From Pirellulales bacterium (lineage in GTDB: Bacteria > Planctomycetota > Planctomycetia > Pirellulales > PALSA-1355), in assembly GCA_963733035.1 (NCBI GenBank), contig CAVTBU010000005.1, positions 1,824,001 to 1,888,000 of the forward strand: a stretch of 64,000 nt of DNA. The letters are read 5' to 3'. The notes under the pieces are model-generated. The model had not been told where the DNA came from, did no database searches, and was given only the letters and a program-made list of their open reading frames with translations. Below, piece after piece: positions 1 through 9,237 of the stretch. Numbering within the stretch: position 1 is the stretch's first letter; every line of letters starts with the position of its first letter. The translations under genes were made by a program, and so were the position numbers.

Positions 1-169
1 TCCATTTCACCTCCTCGACCACATCGGGGTCGGCCTGCTCGATCAGACGGCGAATCCGGGAGAGCACTTCGCCCCGCCAGTCGGTTCGCTCCTGAAGTCT
101 CGCGTCGATCGGCCTGGTTCCCGCCTGCTTCGTGGCCTTCGCCGACGTCTGGGACGTCTTGTTGGGCAT
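1..169 (-). CDS. DUF1801 (YdhG-like) protein, runs off the window edge
   Basis: Not in the ORF track. Manual translation from ATG 169: MPNKTSQ...DWRGEVLSRIRRLIEQADPDVVEEVKW, typical DUF1801 N-terminus; GGAG RBS upstream. Confidence 0.8.
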   Translation of the reverse strand, partial: MPNKTSQTSAKATKQAGTRPIDARLQERTDWRGEVLSRIRRLIEQADPDVVEEVKW

Positions 170-448
170 TGTGTTTACTCCAGAACTGCGGTGCTACGGT
201 CCGAGCCACCCGGCGATCTTAATAAACATAACCGGGTGCGGGAATGCTCTCGACGCGATGAAGACCTGCCCGCGAACCGGCCGACTGCAATTACAGCACG
301 TTCGCTCAGAACCCAACGCTCAGTCAATGGTGTGGCCAGCTTGGATGCGTGTCTAATGCCAAAATGTGAAATTGGCGTCAGCTTGACCGTCGCGGCCCGC
401 GCGCAACGGCGCACCCACCGAGAGACGGCCCGCCGGGTCACCGTCGCT

Positions 449-1048
449 TTATTGCCGCGCGTCGAATCGGAACGGTCTGCGACGCCGGTGAACTGCAAAC
501 CAGGCTGCCGTCATCCCGGCGATTCCCAATGCGAGACCAGACGGTTCGGGAACCGTCCCGACCACTCCGGCAAAATTTGTGGGCGCGGCGATGACGGTCG
601 AGCCACTTCGATCGAGCGCGTGGATGCCATCGGACGGCAGCGCGGGGAAATTGAAACTGTCGACGCCGGCGTAATTCAACGTATCGCCATTCGGATCAAA
701 AAAGGGGGCGACCGGAAATGTGTAGTCGGGCACGACGCCCGCAACGGCTGAGAATCCGGGCGTGGCAATCAGCACGTGTTGACCGGCGACCGGAACGCTC
801 GGGAGATTGGAACCAAAGATGAGGGAATTCGAATTCAAACCGGCCGATATCGCGTGCCCTGCCAAAAAACTTTCATCGTCAAAGTCGAATGGCAAAACAA
901 GGTCGACGTACTGCACACTTCCGCTGGCATTCGAATAGACCTCGCTGATCTGCCAGAGGTGGAAGGTCGCCTGCGCTGGCGAAGCCGCGCAAGTGAGAAT
1001 CAACGCAATGCCGCAGCACAGTCCAGCGTAACGGTTAGCAAAAGTCAT
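449..1048 (-). CDS. PEP-CTERM sorting-domain secreted protein
   Basis: Signal peptide; C-terminal VPEPSGLALGIAGMTAAWFAVHRRRR (PEP, TM helix, basic tail). Confidence 0.9.
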   Translation of the reverse strand: MTFANRYAGLCCGIALILTCAASPAQATFHLWQISEVYSNASGSVQYVDLVLPFDFDDESFLAGHAISAGLNSNSLIFGSNLPSVPVAGQHVLIATPGFSAVAGVVPDYTFPVAPFFDPNGDTLNYAGVDSFNFPALPSDGIHALDRSGSTVIAAPTNFAGVVGTVPEPSGLALGIAGMTAAWFAVHRRRRPFRFDARQ

Positions 1049-1087
1049 AGTCAGTAGTCCTCAAAGACGTGGCTAGTTCGCGAATGT

Positions 1088-2524
1088 TCAAACTCGTTTG
1101 TTCCAGTCAGCAGGTCGCTTTCGTCGGCGCAGGAGGGTCACCGCAACCAAGGCAAGTGCCGCGCTCGCCATCAGTACGAGCGTATCCGGTTCCGGAACGG
1201 GCACGAGTTCCAGAACCACGCCGGTCGAACCTGTTGGACCCAACAGGCTGCTGCCCATCACGTACAGCTCGCCGTTCTGATCCTCACCGAATCCCTTGAC
1301 GAACAAGCCCAGGGCGCGGTCGTCGAGCCCGATTTTCAATTCTTGAATCAAGCCAGTGGCCAGATCGGCGTAAAAGAGTCGTCCGGACGGCGAGCCGAAG
1401 CCTTGCGAGAAGTCGCCAAACACATACTTGCCGTCGAGCTCGGGGAACGCGCTGCCGTGATAAACGAAACCGCCCACGACGGCGATACCCTCGTCGTGGT
1501 CGTATTCGGCGACCGGATCAATCAGGCCGGCCGGCAAGCCGGGACTGTCGCTAAGCACATTACCTGTCGTCGGGTCGAACAGGAACGTCCCTTCTTTGAC
1601 GTGCCAGCCATAGTTCCCGCCGCTAATCACCTTGTCGATTTCTTCGATGTGGTTCTGCCCGACGTCGGCAACGATCAGATCGCCCGTCGGCTTGTCGAAC
1701 GAGAATCGGAACGGATTGCGGAAACCATCGGCAAAGATTTCGGCCACACCGCCGCCGCCAACGAACGGGTTGTCGGCGGGAATTCCATACTGGCCGTTGG
1801 CGCTGTTATTGCCCGCGACGTCGATGCGTAGCACGCTCCCCAGCACATTGCTCGGATCCTGGCCGTTGCCGGTGGTTGGATTGTGTCCGTCGCCCACGTC
1901 GTTGGCGTTGCCACCGTCACCCAGAGAGATGTACAGATCCTTGTCGGGTCCGAATGCCAGCATGCCGCCGTTGTGGTTGGCCTGCGGCTCGTCGATCCGC
2001 ATAATCTCGCGGGGAGCGACATTGGGGTCGATCTGCAACGGATTGCCGGCGCTCACCGTCCATTCGTTGACGACGCTTTGATGGTTGAACGAGGTTCCCG
2101 CCGGCAACGGAACCGTGAAGTCGGCCGGGCGACTGACCGGTTCACTCGAGTAGGTGTAGAGCTTATGAAAACCCGCGGCGCCGGGATCGTTGAAATCGGG
2201 GTTAAAGGCCAGGCCGAGCAGGCCTCGCTCGTCGTAGTTGGGGTTTAGCGAAACCAGGCGACTGCCGAGATCGCCGAACAAGCCGGGTTGCAGCGTGCCG
2301 TTCTGGATGATCCCCATCTGGCCGCTCTGATCGACCGCGATCAATCGTCCGCTGCCGTCTGGCACCGGAACCAGCGTGTTCGGCCCGACCAGGCCGCTGG
2401 CCACGGTTTTCAGCTCCACGGTGACGGAGCCCTTGGCGATGGGGGCGGCTATTTGAGCTCTGGCCGATGACGCGGCGACCGCCAGGATCAACAGCCAACA
2501 GGCTGGAATGCAACAGCGCAGCAT
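1088..2524 (-). CDS. Glucose/sorbosone dehydrogenase-like (PQQ-dependent sugar dehydrogenase) beta-propeller with PEP-CTERM
   Basis: ERGLLGLAF, NHNGGMLAFGPD, LYISLGDGG, GFRNPFRFSFD, GGNYGW motifs; VPEP tail. Start reassigned to MLRCC (signal peptide). Confidence 0.9.
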   Translation of the reverse strand: MLRCCIPACWLLILAVAASSARAQIAAPIAKGSVTVELKTVASGLVGPNTLVPVPDGSGRLIAVDQSGQMGIIQNGTLQPGLFGDLGSRLVSLNPNYDERGLLGLAFNPDFNDPGAAGFHKLYTYSSEPVSRPADFTVPLPAGTSFNHQSVVNEWTVSAGNPLQIDPNVAPREIMRIDEPQANHNGGMLAFGPDKDLYISLGDGGNANDVGDGHNPTTGNGQDPSNVLGSVLRIDVAGNNSANGQYGIPADNPFVGGGGVAEIFADGFRNPFRFSFDKPTGDLIVADVGQNHIEEIDKVISGGNYGWHVKEGTFLFDPTTGNVLSDSPGLPAGLIDPVAEYDHDEGIAVVGGFVYHGSAFPELDGKYVFGDFSQGFGSPSGRLFYADLATGLIQELKIGLDDRALGLFVKGFGEDQNGELYVMGSSLLGPTGSTGVVLELVPVPEPDTLVLMASAALALVAVTLLRRRKRPADWNKRV

Positions 2525-2918
2525 GGAAGCACCTCTTAGCAAATAAGGAAGCAACGAGAATTCGCGGCGCTTGAGGCGTTCCGCGAATCGAGCAACTGCC
2601 GGCTGGCGGGCTTCGGCGAAAATCAGGTCCGCGTCCGAATCACGGGCCGCCGGCACGTTCTAAGAAGTGATATTCACTGGCTTTCCCGAGAAAGGAGTAT
2701 ATGCATTGCATATCAACAAATACGGTACTATGATTGACAAATCGTTGCAATCATTTTCCTGAAAAAACGTGGGATTTTTGCGACCGCGTGATCCCGCGTT
2801 GGCAATTACTGCCGCGAAACGGTGAGCACTCCGCACCCGCAGCAGGTCCAGTGCTCATAGACATTACGTTCAAGAGGAGTCCCGCGGATTTGCGAAAAAA
2901 AGTTTTCTTGTCAGATAC

Positions 2919-2945
2919 CCATCCAAAACCGGGCGTGCGCACGTA
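2919..2945 (+). promoter_or_regulatory. Candidate SigK/ECF18-19-type promoter (CCATCC-N17-CGTA)
   Basis: CCATCC at 2919-2924 and CGTA at 2942-2945, about 100 nt upstream of the ECF sigma gene; spacer is about 1 nt longer than the recalled consensus. Confidence 0.4.
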
Positions 2946-3047
2946 CACGTTCTGGGTGAGTCAAATTGGCACAGCGGAGTTTCATGGAGTTGATCAACTT
3001 CGGGGCAGGCCAGTGCACCGGCGACTTTCATTGTCGCGCGGAGGGAA

Positions 3048-3710
3048 ATGAGTCGAGAGGCGGGCAGCCCAAATGATCACCGCGGCGACTTAACTGGGGC
3101 GAGCGTTGATCGTGCCAGTGCGCGTGGCAGTGCGCGCCGAGTGTCGGCCGATACCACGGCCCTCGAAAAGTGTACCGATTCGCAACTGATCGCGTTGGTG
3201 GCCGTACAAGATGCCGCCGCTTTTGCTACGTTTTTTGACCGTCATGCAAACCGAGTGATGGCGCTGGCTGTTCGATTATTGGGACATCGCGCTGACGCCG
3301 AAGACGTCGTTCAGGAAGTGTTCTGGCAAGTCTGGCGCACGGCTGCCCGGTACCAACCACAGCGGGCGCAGCCGATCGCCTGGCTTATGGCCATTGCGAG
3401 TTCGCGTGCGATTGACGGACTGCGAAGTCGCGGCGCCGCCTCCCGCTGCAGTGTGCAAACCAACGCACTCGAAACCATATCCGGTCAGGATGAACCGTTA
3501 ACACTCAGGTTGGAGCTACAGTCATTGCTCGAGCGTCTGTCCGCGGAGCAAAAACAGGTCATCGAAATGGCATTTCTAGAGGGTCGAACGCACGTGGAGA
3601 TAGCGGCGCGCGAGAACCTGCCGTTGGGGACGGTGAAGACACGCATTGCGCTGGGTATGCGTCGGCTTCGCGGCTGGTTGGCGGAGTGGCGCGAGGAAGG
3701 CAAGCCATGA
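3048..3710 (+). CDS. ECF sigma-70 factor (SigK-like)
   Basis: DAEDVVQEVFWQVWR (region 2), AWLMAIASSRAID, THVEIA...PLGTVKTRI (region 4). Confidence 0.93.
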   Translation: MSREAGSPNDHRGDLTGASVDRASARGSARRVSADTTALEKCTDSQLIALVAVQDAAAFATFFDRHANRVMALAVRLLGHRADAEDVVQEVFWQVWRTAARYQPQRAQPIAWLMAIASSRAIDGLRSRGAASRCSVQTNALETISGQDEPLTLRLELQSLLERLSAEQKQVIEMAFLEGRTHVEIAARENLPLGTVKTRIALGMRRLRGWLAEWREEGKP

Positions 3711-4411
3711 GCGACCAGCGTCTCTTGAACGAATCGGAGTTGCTGGCCGCCCTGTTTGTGGCCGGCGCGCTACCCAAGGCGGAACGGCTGGCGTTTCTCC
3801 AACGTGTGGCCGACGGCGATATCCCTTGCGCCGAGCAACTAGCCGACTACCTCGATGTGCTGTCGCCTTTGCCAGCCAGCCGCCTCGAAGTGCTGCGAGG
3901 CAGAATTCTCTCGAACGTGGTCGCCGATGACCAGCTCGATCGCCCTGAAACGGAAACCAGCCAATCCATTCGTCGTTCGTCGTCAACTGGCCCGAAGACA
4001 GCCGCACGGACCGGCGGCGTGTCGGAAGGCGAAAATCGGCCGAGCGGAACAGGAAAAAAGCAGGGGCAACCCGTGTTGGATCCATCGGGATGCTATATCC
4101 TTCCTGCCACCGCGGGGACGTGGAACGAAACGGGCTATCCGGGTATTTCGATCCGCCAGCTCTACGTCGACCATCCGCGAGGGCAGTTTACTGCCCTGGT
4201 GCGAATGAATGCCGGCGCCGTTTTTCCAGCCCATTCGCACGAATTCGCTGAGGAGTGTCTGGTCCTCGAAGGCGACCTGCGGTTCGGCGACAAGGTGTTG
4301 TACGCGGGTGATTTCTTGCGCACGGCTCCCGGCTTCCAGCAGCAGGAACAGACGACCGGCAGCGGATGCCTCTTATACATAACCGGCCCCATCGAATCAC
4401 AGCTGGACTGA
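3707..4411 (+). CDS. Anti-sigma factor with ChrR-like cupin domain
   Basis: ATGA overlap with the sigma stop; FPAHSHEFAEECLVLEGDL cupin motif; N-terminal anti-sigma-like helix. Confidence 0.85.
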   Translation: MSDQRLLNESELLAALFVAGALPKAERLAFLQRVADGDIPCAEQLADYLDVLSPLPASRLEVLRGRILSNVVADDQLDRPETETSQSIRRSSSTGPKTAARTGGVSEGENRPSGTGKKQGQPVLDPSGCYILPATAGTWNETGYPGISIRQLYVDHPRGQFTALVRMNAGAVFPAHSHEFAEECLVLEGDLRFGDKVLYAGDFLRTAPGFQQQEQTTGSGCLLYITGPIESQLD

Positions 4412-4601
4412 CATCGGCCCCCATAAACACGTGAGCTACAAATCAGGAAAGTCTCCCCTGGTTGTGGTTCCGCAGCGGCCCGCGTCGCGTGAATGTGTCA
4501 CCGCGACGTGGGCCGTTTAAACTTCCAGCTGAATTAAAGGGGACGGGAATCGCGTCCCCTTTAGTTACTCTGGGCGAGCTCAGCCCGAGTCTCCAAGTGA
4601 G

Positions 4602-4889
4602 TTGTTCCCAGTCCGGAGCGCAGCACAGCCAACGCTTCTGACCCCTGGCCCCCACTTTCGATTGTGGGGCTTGGCCGAAGTCGATGATTGCGGCCAGATA
4701 CGGTCCGAATTCATCGGGCCGCCAGTATTCAATGGCTGGCTGGATTTGAAGCGCGCGGGTGCCGGCCACGTACCGAACCGCGCCAGTCTTGCCGACGGCG
4801 CCCTATTTGAAATCGCTGAGACCTTGGCCTTGCCCCCAAACAGCAGGGTGATCGGCGTTGTATTCCAGCGCAAGCTTACAACTCCGTAA
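4602..4889 (+). CDS. Possible small hypothetical protein or gene remnant
   Basis: 95-aa ORF in an otherwise empty 790-bp gap; globular-looking C-terminus, no recognised motif, TTG start. Confidence 0.25.
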   Translation: MFPVRSAAQPTLLTPGPHFRLWGLAEVDDCGQIRSEFIGPPVFNGWLDLKRAGAGHVPNRASLADGALFEIAETLALPPNSRVIGVVFQRKLTTP

Positions 4890-5199
4890 TGCTCTAAAGG
4901 GTTTGCGACAAGAAGATGAAAAAATTGCGCGTTCGCGCTGGCAATCTGCCAGCATGGACGGCATGCTTGGTGGGGGATCACTTCCACTCGAACACAGGAT
5001 AGGCGCCCGGTTACAAGTTGCTCTTGGGCCGCTTGAACAAAGATAGGCGCCATACTTGAAGTTGGATCGCGTCCACTCGAACGAGGGCACTGTTACCCAA
5101 CGAGCGAGCAACTACTCGACGGCTGGGTAGCAAGGCGTCGAGGGACGTTATCCGCACGAGACCGAGCGCAGTCCGAGGTTCCTTCGGAGGGCAAGTGCG

Positions 5200-8100
5200 G
5201 TGACCGGCCTGATCAAGCTGGCGTTGCGCAATCCTAGAGCCGTCACGGTGACGATGCTCACCGTGGTTACCTTTGGCGTTCTGTCGCTGCGGATGATTCC
5301 GATCGACATTCTGCCGGTCTTCAAGAGTCCGGCGGTGCAGGTGCTGACTTTCTACAACGGCATGCCGGCCGACAGCATCGAGAAGGACATCACCAACCGG
5401 ATGGAGCGGTGGACCGGCCAGGCTGCCGGAACGATGCGCCAGGAATCGCGCTCGATTCTCGGCGCGAGTATTATCCGCAATTACTATAGCGGCGATACGA
5501 ACCCGAACGGCGCGCTTACGCAGGTCAATTCGCTGGCCTCGGCGGCCATACCCAACCTGCCGCCCGGCACGCTGCCACCGGTGATCCTGCCCTTTGATCC
5601 CACCAGTACCGTTCCGGCTTGCATCATCGCCTTGGACAGCAAGTCGCAATCCGAGTCGATCCTCTACGACGTGGGCCGCTACGAGGTACGCAACATGATC
5701 ATGGGCGTGCCCGGCGCGGTTGCGCCTGTGGTTTATGGCGGAAAACTGCGCACCGTGATGGCCTATGTCGACCGCACGAAGCTGCAAGCGCGCCAACTAT
5801 CGCCGGTCGGCGTAATGAACGCGCTGGACAGCTACAACCTGTTCTTGCCCACAGGCGACGCCAAGTTCGGCTCGATGGACTACGCCATCGATTCCAACTC
5901 GATGTATGACCTGGTGGAGCGGATGGGCGACATTCCCTTGCGCACCGAACACGGCAATGCGGCGTTCCTGAAGGACGTGGCCACGCTGAAAGACGCTTCG
6001 TTCATCCAGACCAACGTCGTGCGGGTGAACGGTCGTCGCCAGGTGTACATTCCGGTGTTTCGCCAGATGGGATCCAGCACGCTCAACGTGGTCAATAAGC
6101 TGAGAGAGGCCGTGCCGGAGATGACGGACAAGGTGACGCGGCCCGACATCAATCTCAAACTGGTCATGGACCAGTCCGTTTATGTCCGGCACTCCATCGA
6201 GAGCCTGTTCGAAGAAGGAGTGCTTGGCGCGGTGCTTTGCTCGCTGGTGATTCTATTGTTTCTCGGGCAGTTGCGTATGACGGCGATTGCCGTGTTGATG
6301 ATTCCGGCGGCCATTCTGGCGGCCATCGGCTGCCTCTATGCCGCTGGCGAAACGATCAATGTGATGACGCTGGCCGGCCTGGCGCTATCGATTGGTCCGC
6401 TGGTGGACTTGGCCATCGTCGTGTTGGAAAACACACACCGACACCTGGGAATCGTCGGCGAACCGCACAGGGCGGCCTACAACGGCGCGACCGAAGTCGT
6501 GCTGCCATTGCTTGTCGCCACTTGCAGCACCTTGCTTGTCCTGGCGCCGCTGGCGGTAATGCCCGGTTCTGGCCAGTTCCTATTCAAGCCGATGGCGCTG
6601 GCCGTCGCCTTCGCCATGCTTTGCGCGTTGGTTATGGCCATGTACTTTGTGCCGTCTCGATGCGCGACATGGTTGAAGCCGCATGATGATGATGCGGGCA
6701 AAAAAGAAGGATACTTCGGCAAGCTGTTCGCCCGCTGGGAGGCATTGATCGACCGAGCGATTCAAGCGTACGTGCGCTTGCTCAATATCGTCATGCGAGC
6801 ACGACTCTTGACGGTCGGCAGCGCCGTCGTGCTGCTGGTCGCCACGGTGGCCTTGCTGGGAACCCGGCTCCGCCGCGAGTTTTTTCCGGAGGTGGACGCC
6901 GGATCCTTCGAGATCTACGTGCGTGGTGCCTCAGGCACCCGGATCGAGGTCAGCGAAGAACGCATCGTCCAGGTGGAGCGCTATATCAAGGAGAAGGTTG
7001 GCGCGGACCTACAGTTGATCATTAGCGAGTTGGGCGTCACGCCCGACTGGTCGGCAGCCTACACTCCAAACTCCGGTCCAATGGACAGCGTCGTCAAGGT
7101 CCAGCTTGGTGAGGATCGCGAAAAATCGGCGCAGGAGTATGTCGACATCCTGCGCGAAGGTTTTGCCGCGGCTCCGGAATTTGCCCAGCTCGAGTTTGCC
7201 TTTGATGCCGGGGGCATGATCCGGGGCGCCATGAACGAAGGCAAATCGACGCCCATCAACATTCGTATCACCAGCAAGGACCTGGCATTGGCCCATCGCA
7301 TTGCCAGCGAGATCGAGAAAAAGGTCAAATCGATCGACGGCGTGGTCGATTGCCGCATCCTGCAACGGCTCGACTACCCCAAGTACATCATTGACGTCGA
7401 CCGCACCAAGGCGGCCGATCTGGGCCTGGATCAGTCCGATGTGATGAAAAATGTCGTCGCGGCGCTCAACTCAAGCATTCAATTCAACAAGCACAATTTC
7501 TGGATCGATCCGGTCAGCCACAACCAATACTTCGTCGGTGTGCAGTATCCCGAGCGGGATATCAAAACGGTCGACACCCTACTCGATATTCCCGTTTCCA
7601 GCCCCTTGCAGAAGCGGCCGATTCCGCTGCGCAACATTGCCAGCTTGCGGCGATCGAAGGATCCGGCCGAAGTCACGCATGCCAATTTGCAACCCACCAT
7701 TGACTTGACGATCGGCGTCTCCAAGCGCGATTTGGGTCATGTTGCCGTCGATGTGGCCAATGCGGTTGAAGCGTTTGGGGTAGAGGATTCGCCCGGCGTG
7801 TGGACGCCTTACGACCCGAACTCCGCCGAAAAGAAGCTCATCGGTGGAAGCAAGATCACCTTGACGGGTGAATACACGCGGATGCAGGACACGTTTCGGA
7901 ATCTCGGCATCGGCCTGATACTGGCGTCGCTATTGATCTACTTTCTGATCGTCGCACTGGTCAAGTCGTTCATCACACCGCTGGTGGTCTTGACCGCCGT
8001 GCCGTTTGGCATTGTGGGTGTGATCATCATGCTCTACCTGACGAACACCGCCATCAACGTGCAATCCCTTTTGGGTGTGATCTTCATGGTCGGAATCGTC

Positions 8101-8430
8101 GTGTCGAATACCGTGCTGCTGACCGACTTTGCCCAGAAGTTGCGCCTCGAAGAGCATCTGTCGCCAACCGACGCCATCAAGCGGGCGGCAGCCGTGCGCG
8201 TCCGGCCGGTTGTGATGACCGCTTGCGCGGCGTTCTTTGCCCTGTTGCCGATGGCGATGGCACTCGCTCGTGGCAGCGAAGCGAACGCTCCCTTGGGGCG
8301 AGCGGTCATCGGCGGTTTGTTGGCGGGCCTGATTACGACGTTACTCGTCGTGCCGGCGCTCTATTCGCTCCTGTTGCGCGACGATCGTGACCTAGAGCCA
8401 GTTGACATCGACGCGCTACTGGCCGATTGA
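5200..8430 (+). CDS. RND efflux transporter permease (AcrB/CusA superfamily)
   Basis: 1076 aa; INVMTLAGLALSIGPLVDLAIVVLEN, RVRPVVMT, PLGRAVIGGL; GGAGG RBS. Confidence 0.95.
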   Translation: MTGLIKLALRNPRAVTVTMLTVVTFGVLSLRMIPIDILPVFKSPAVQVLTFYNGMPADSIEKDITNRMERWTGQAAGTMRQESRSILGASIIRNYYSGDTNPNGALTQVNSLASAAIPNLPPGTLPPVILPFDPTSTVPACIIALDSKSQSESILYDVGRYEVRNMIMGVPGAVAPVVYGGKLRTVMAYVDRTKLQARQLSPVGVMNALDSYNLFLPTGDAKFGSMDYAIDSNSMYDLVERMGDIPLRTEHGNAAFLKDVATLKDASFIQTNVVRVNGRRQVYIPVFRQMGSSTLNVVNKLREAVPEMTDKVTRPDINLKLVMDQSVYVRHSIESLFEEGVLGAVLCSLVILLFLGQLRMTAIAVLMIPAAILAAIGCLYAAGETINVMTLAGLALSIGPLVDLAIVVLENTHRHLGIVGEPHRAAYNGATEVVLPLLVATCSTLLVLAPLAVMPGSGQFLFKPMALAVAFAMLCALVMAMYFVPSRCATWLKPHDDDAGKKEGYFGKLFARWEALIDRAIQAYVRLLNIVMRARLLTVGSAVVLLVATVALLGTRLRREFFPEVDAGSFEIYVRGASGTRIEVSEERIVQVERYIKEKVGADLQLIISELGVTPDWSAAYTPNSGPMDSVVKVQLGEDREKSAQEYVDILREGFAAAPEFAQLEFAFDAGGMIRGAMNEGKSTPINIRITSKDLALAHRIASEIEKKVKSIDGVVDCRILQRLDYPKYIIDVDRTKAADLGLDQSDVMKNVVAALNSSIQFNKHNFWIDPVSHNQYFVGVQYPERDIKTVDTLLDIPVSSPLQKRPIPLRNIASLRRSKDPAEVTHANLQPTIDLTIGVSKRDLGHVAVDVANAVEAFGVEDSPGVWTPYDPNSAEKKLIGGSKITLTGEYTRMQDTFRNLGIGLILASLLIYFLIVALVKSFITPLVVLTAVPFGIVGVIIMLYLTNTAINVQSLLGVIFMVGIVVSNTVLLTDFAQKLRLEEHLSPTDAIKRAAAVRVRPVVMTACAAFFALLPMAMALARGSEANAPLGRAVIGGLLAGLITTLLVVPALYSLLLRDDRDLEPVDIDALLAD

Positions 8431-8513
8431 ACGCCCCAGCCCGCATTCCGCACCCGCGGCCAGCGGCGGCGGATCTGGCCCACAATCCTCGTCAATTCCT
8501 GCACCGTGCCACT

Positions 8514-8746
8514 GGCGGCGTCGATATCGCTGGAATAATTTAACGGGACGCAAACATTTCCTTGGACTGTCGAGGTCAGGCGCCCGGTCCTTACTCAACG
8601 GTTGTCCGCTCAAGTCCGCGCCAGTCGGAGGTCGCTGCTTCGTGCCGCGCAAGGTCTTAGGACCGGCACCGAAATCTAGTCCAATGGCATTTCGGCTCTC
8701 GGGGATGGCTTGAATCTTTCGATGGCAGCGACTTGTGACGTCTGCC
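8514..8746. ncRNA. Putative rod-shaped structured RNA (6S-like architecture)
   Basis: Nested complementary segments 8514-8522/8737-8746, 8527-8532/8726-8731, 8562-8568/8678-8684, 8584-8591/8659-8666 around an AT-rich bubble. Confidence 0.35.
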
Positions 8747-8934
8747 CGTCGCCTCGCACCCGCATTTTTCCTGCCGCGTCGCGTCAGGTAAGCCCCACTA
8801 CGACTTTGCCTCTATCAATCGAGCCAGCCGCTGGGCTAGCCTACGGTCGGCAGATTCTGCACAGGGGCCGTGCGGAGGACCGTCATGTTTCATACCGGGC
8901 AAAATACGAAAGCTGCGTCATACTACATGTGTCA

Positions 8935-9027
8935 TTTTTCAGGTTACAAAAGGCGAAAAGAAAAGTGCGCGCAACTTTCAGCCCGAAAAAAGGCCACTCG
9001 AAAACTTTGCGAATTCCGAACCGGGCC
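8935..9027 (+). repeat. Dispersed ~90-bp intergenic element, copy 1
   Basis: Core 8992-9027 matches the reverse complement of 48736-48771 at 33/36 nt; TTTTTCAGG and TGCGCGCAAC are also shared. Confidence 0.8.
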
Positions 9028-9237
9028 AAGTGCGAGCTTCGTCCGCATTGTGACCAACGCCTTACGAGCGTTGGTCACACCGAACAATTGCGAGCCCGCT
9101 CGCACGCTTGCAACCGAGGCAGCACTTACCGCATACTCGCCTGCATCGAATGGTTGGTTGCTCGGCCGACCAGGATTGTTACGATGGGCATCGTCAATTC
9201 ATTGACCGTTTCCCCAAAATTCGAATCGCAAACTCAC

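Noticed and set aside
4444..4454. CAGGAAAGTCT resembling the RNase P RNA motif GAGGAAAGTCC
   Set aside because: Two mismatches and no 3' partner motif downstream.
8545..8554. GGGACGCAAA resembling the c-di-GMP-I riboswitch core
   Set aside because: The upstream GGCAAAC and GNRA-loop hairpin and the downstream P3 are missing.
8483..8590. AATCC, GCCACTG and GGTCAGG fragments resembling a cobalamin riboswitch
   Set aside because: No GGGAA or GGGAAG elements, spacing too short, and no B12-related gene downstream.
8710..9237. N-terminal extensions of ORF-track proteins (also 22684-23112, 2525-2656, 63497-63676)
   Set aside because: Non-protein-like read-through upstream of better starts that have signal peptides, RBSs or family N-termini.
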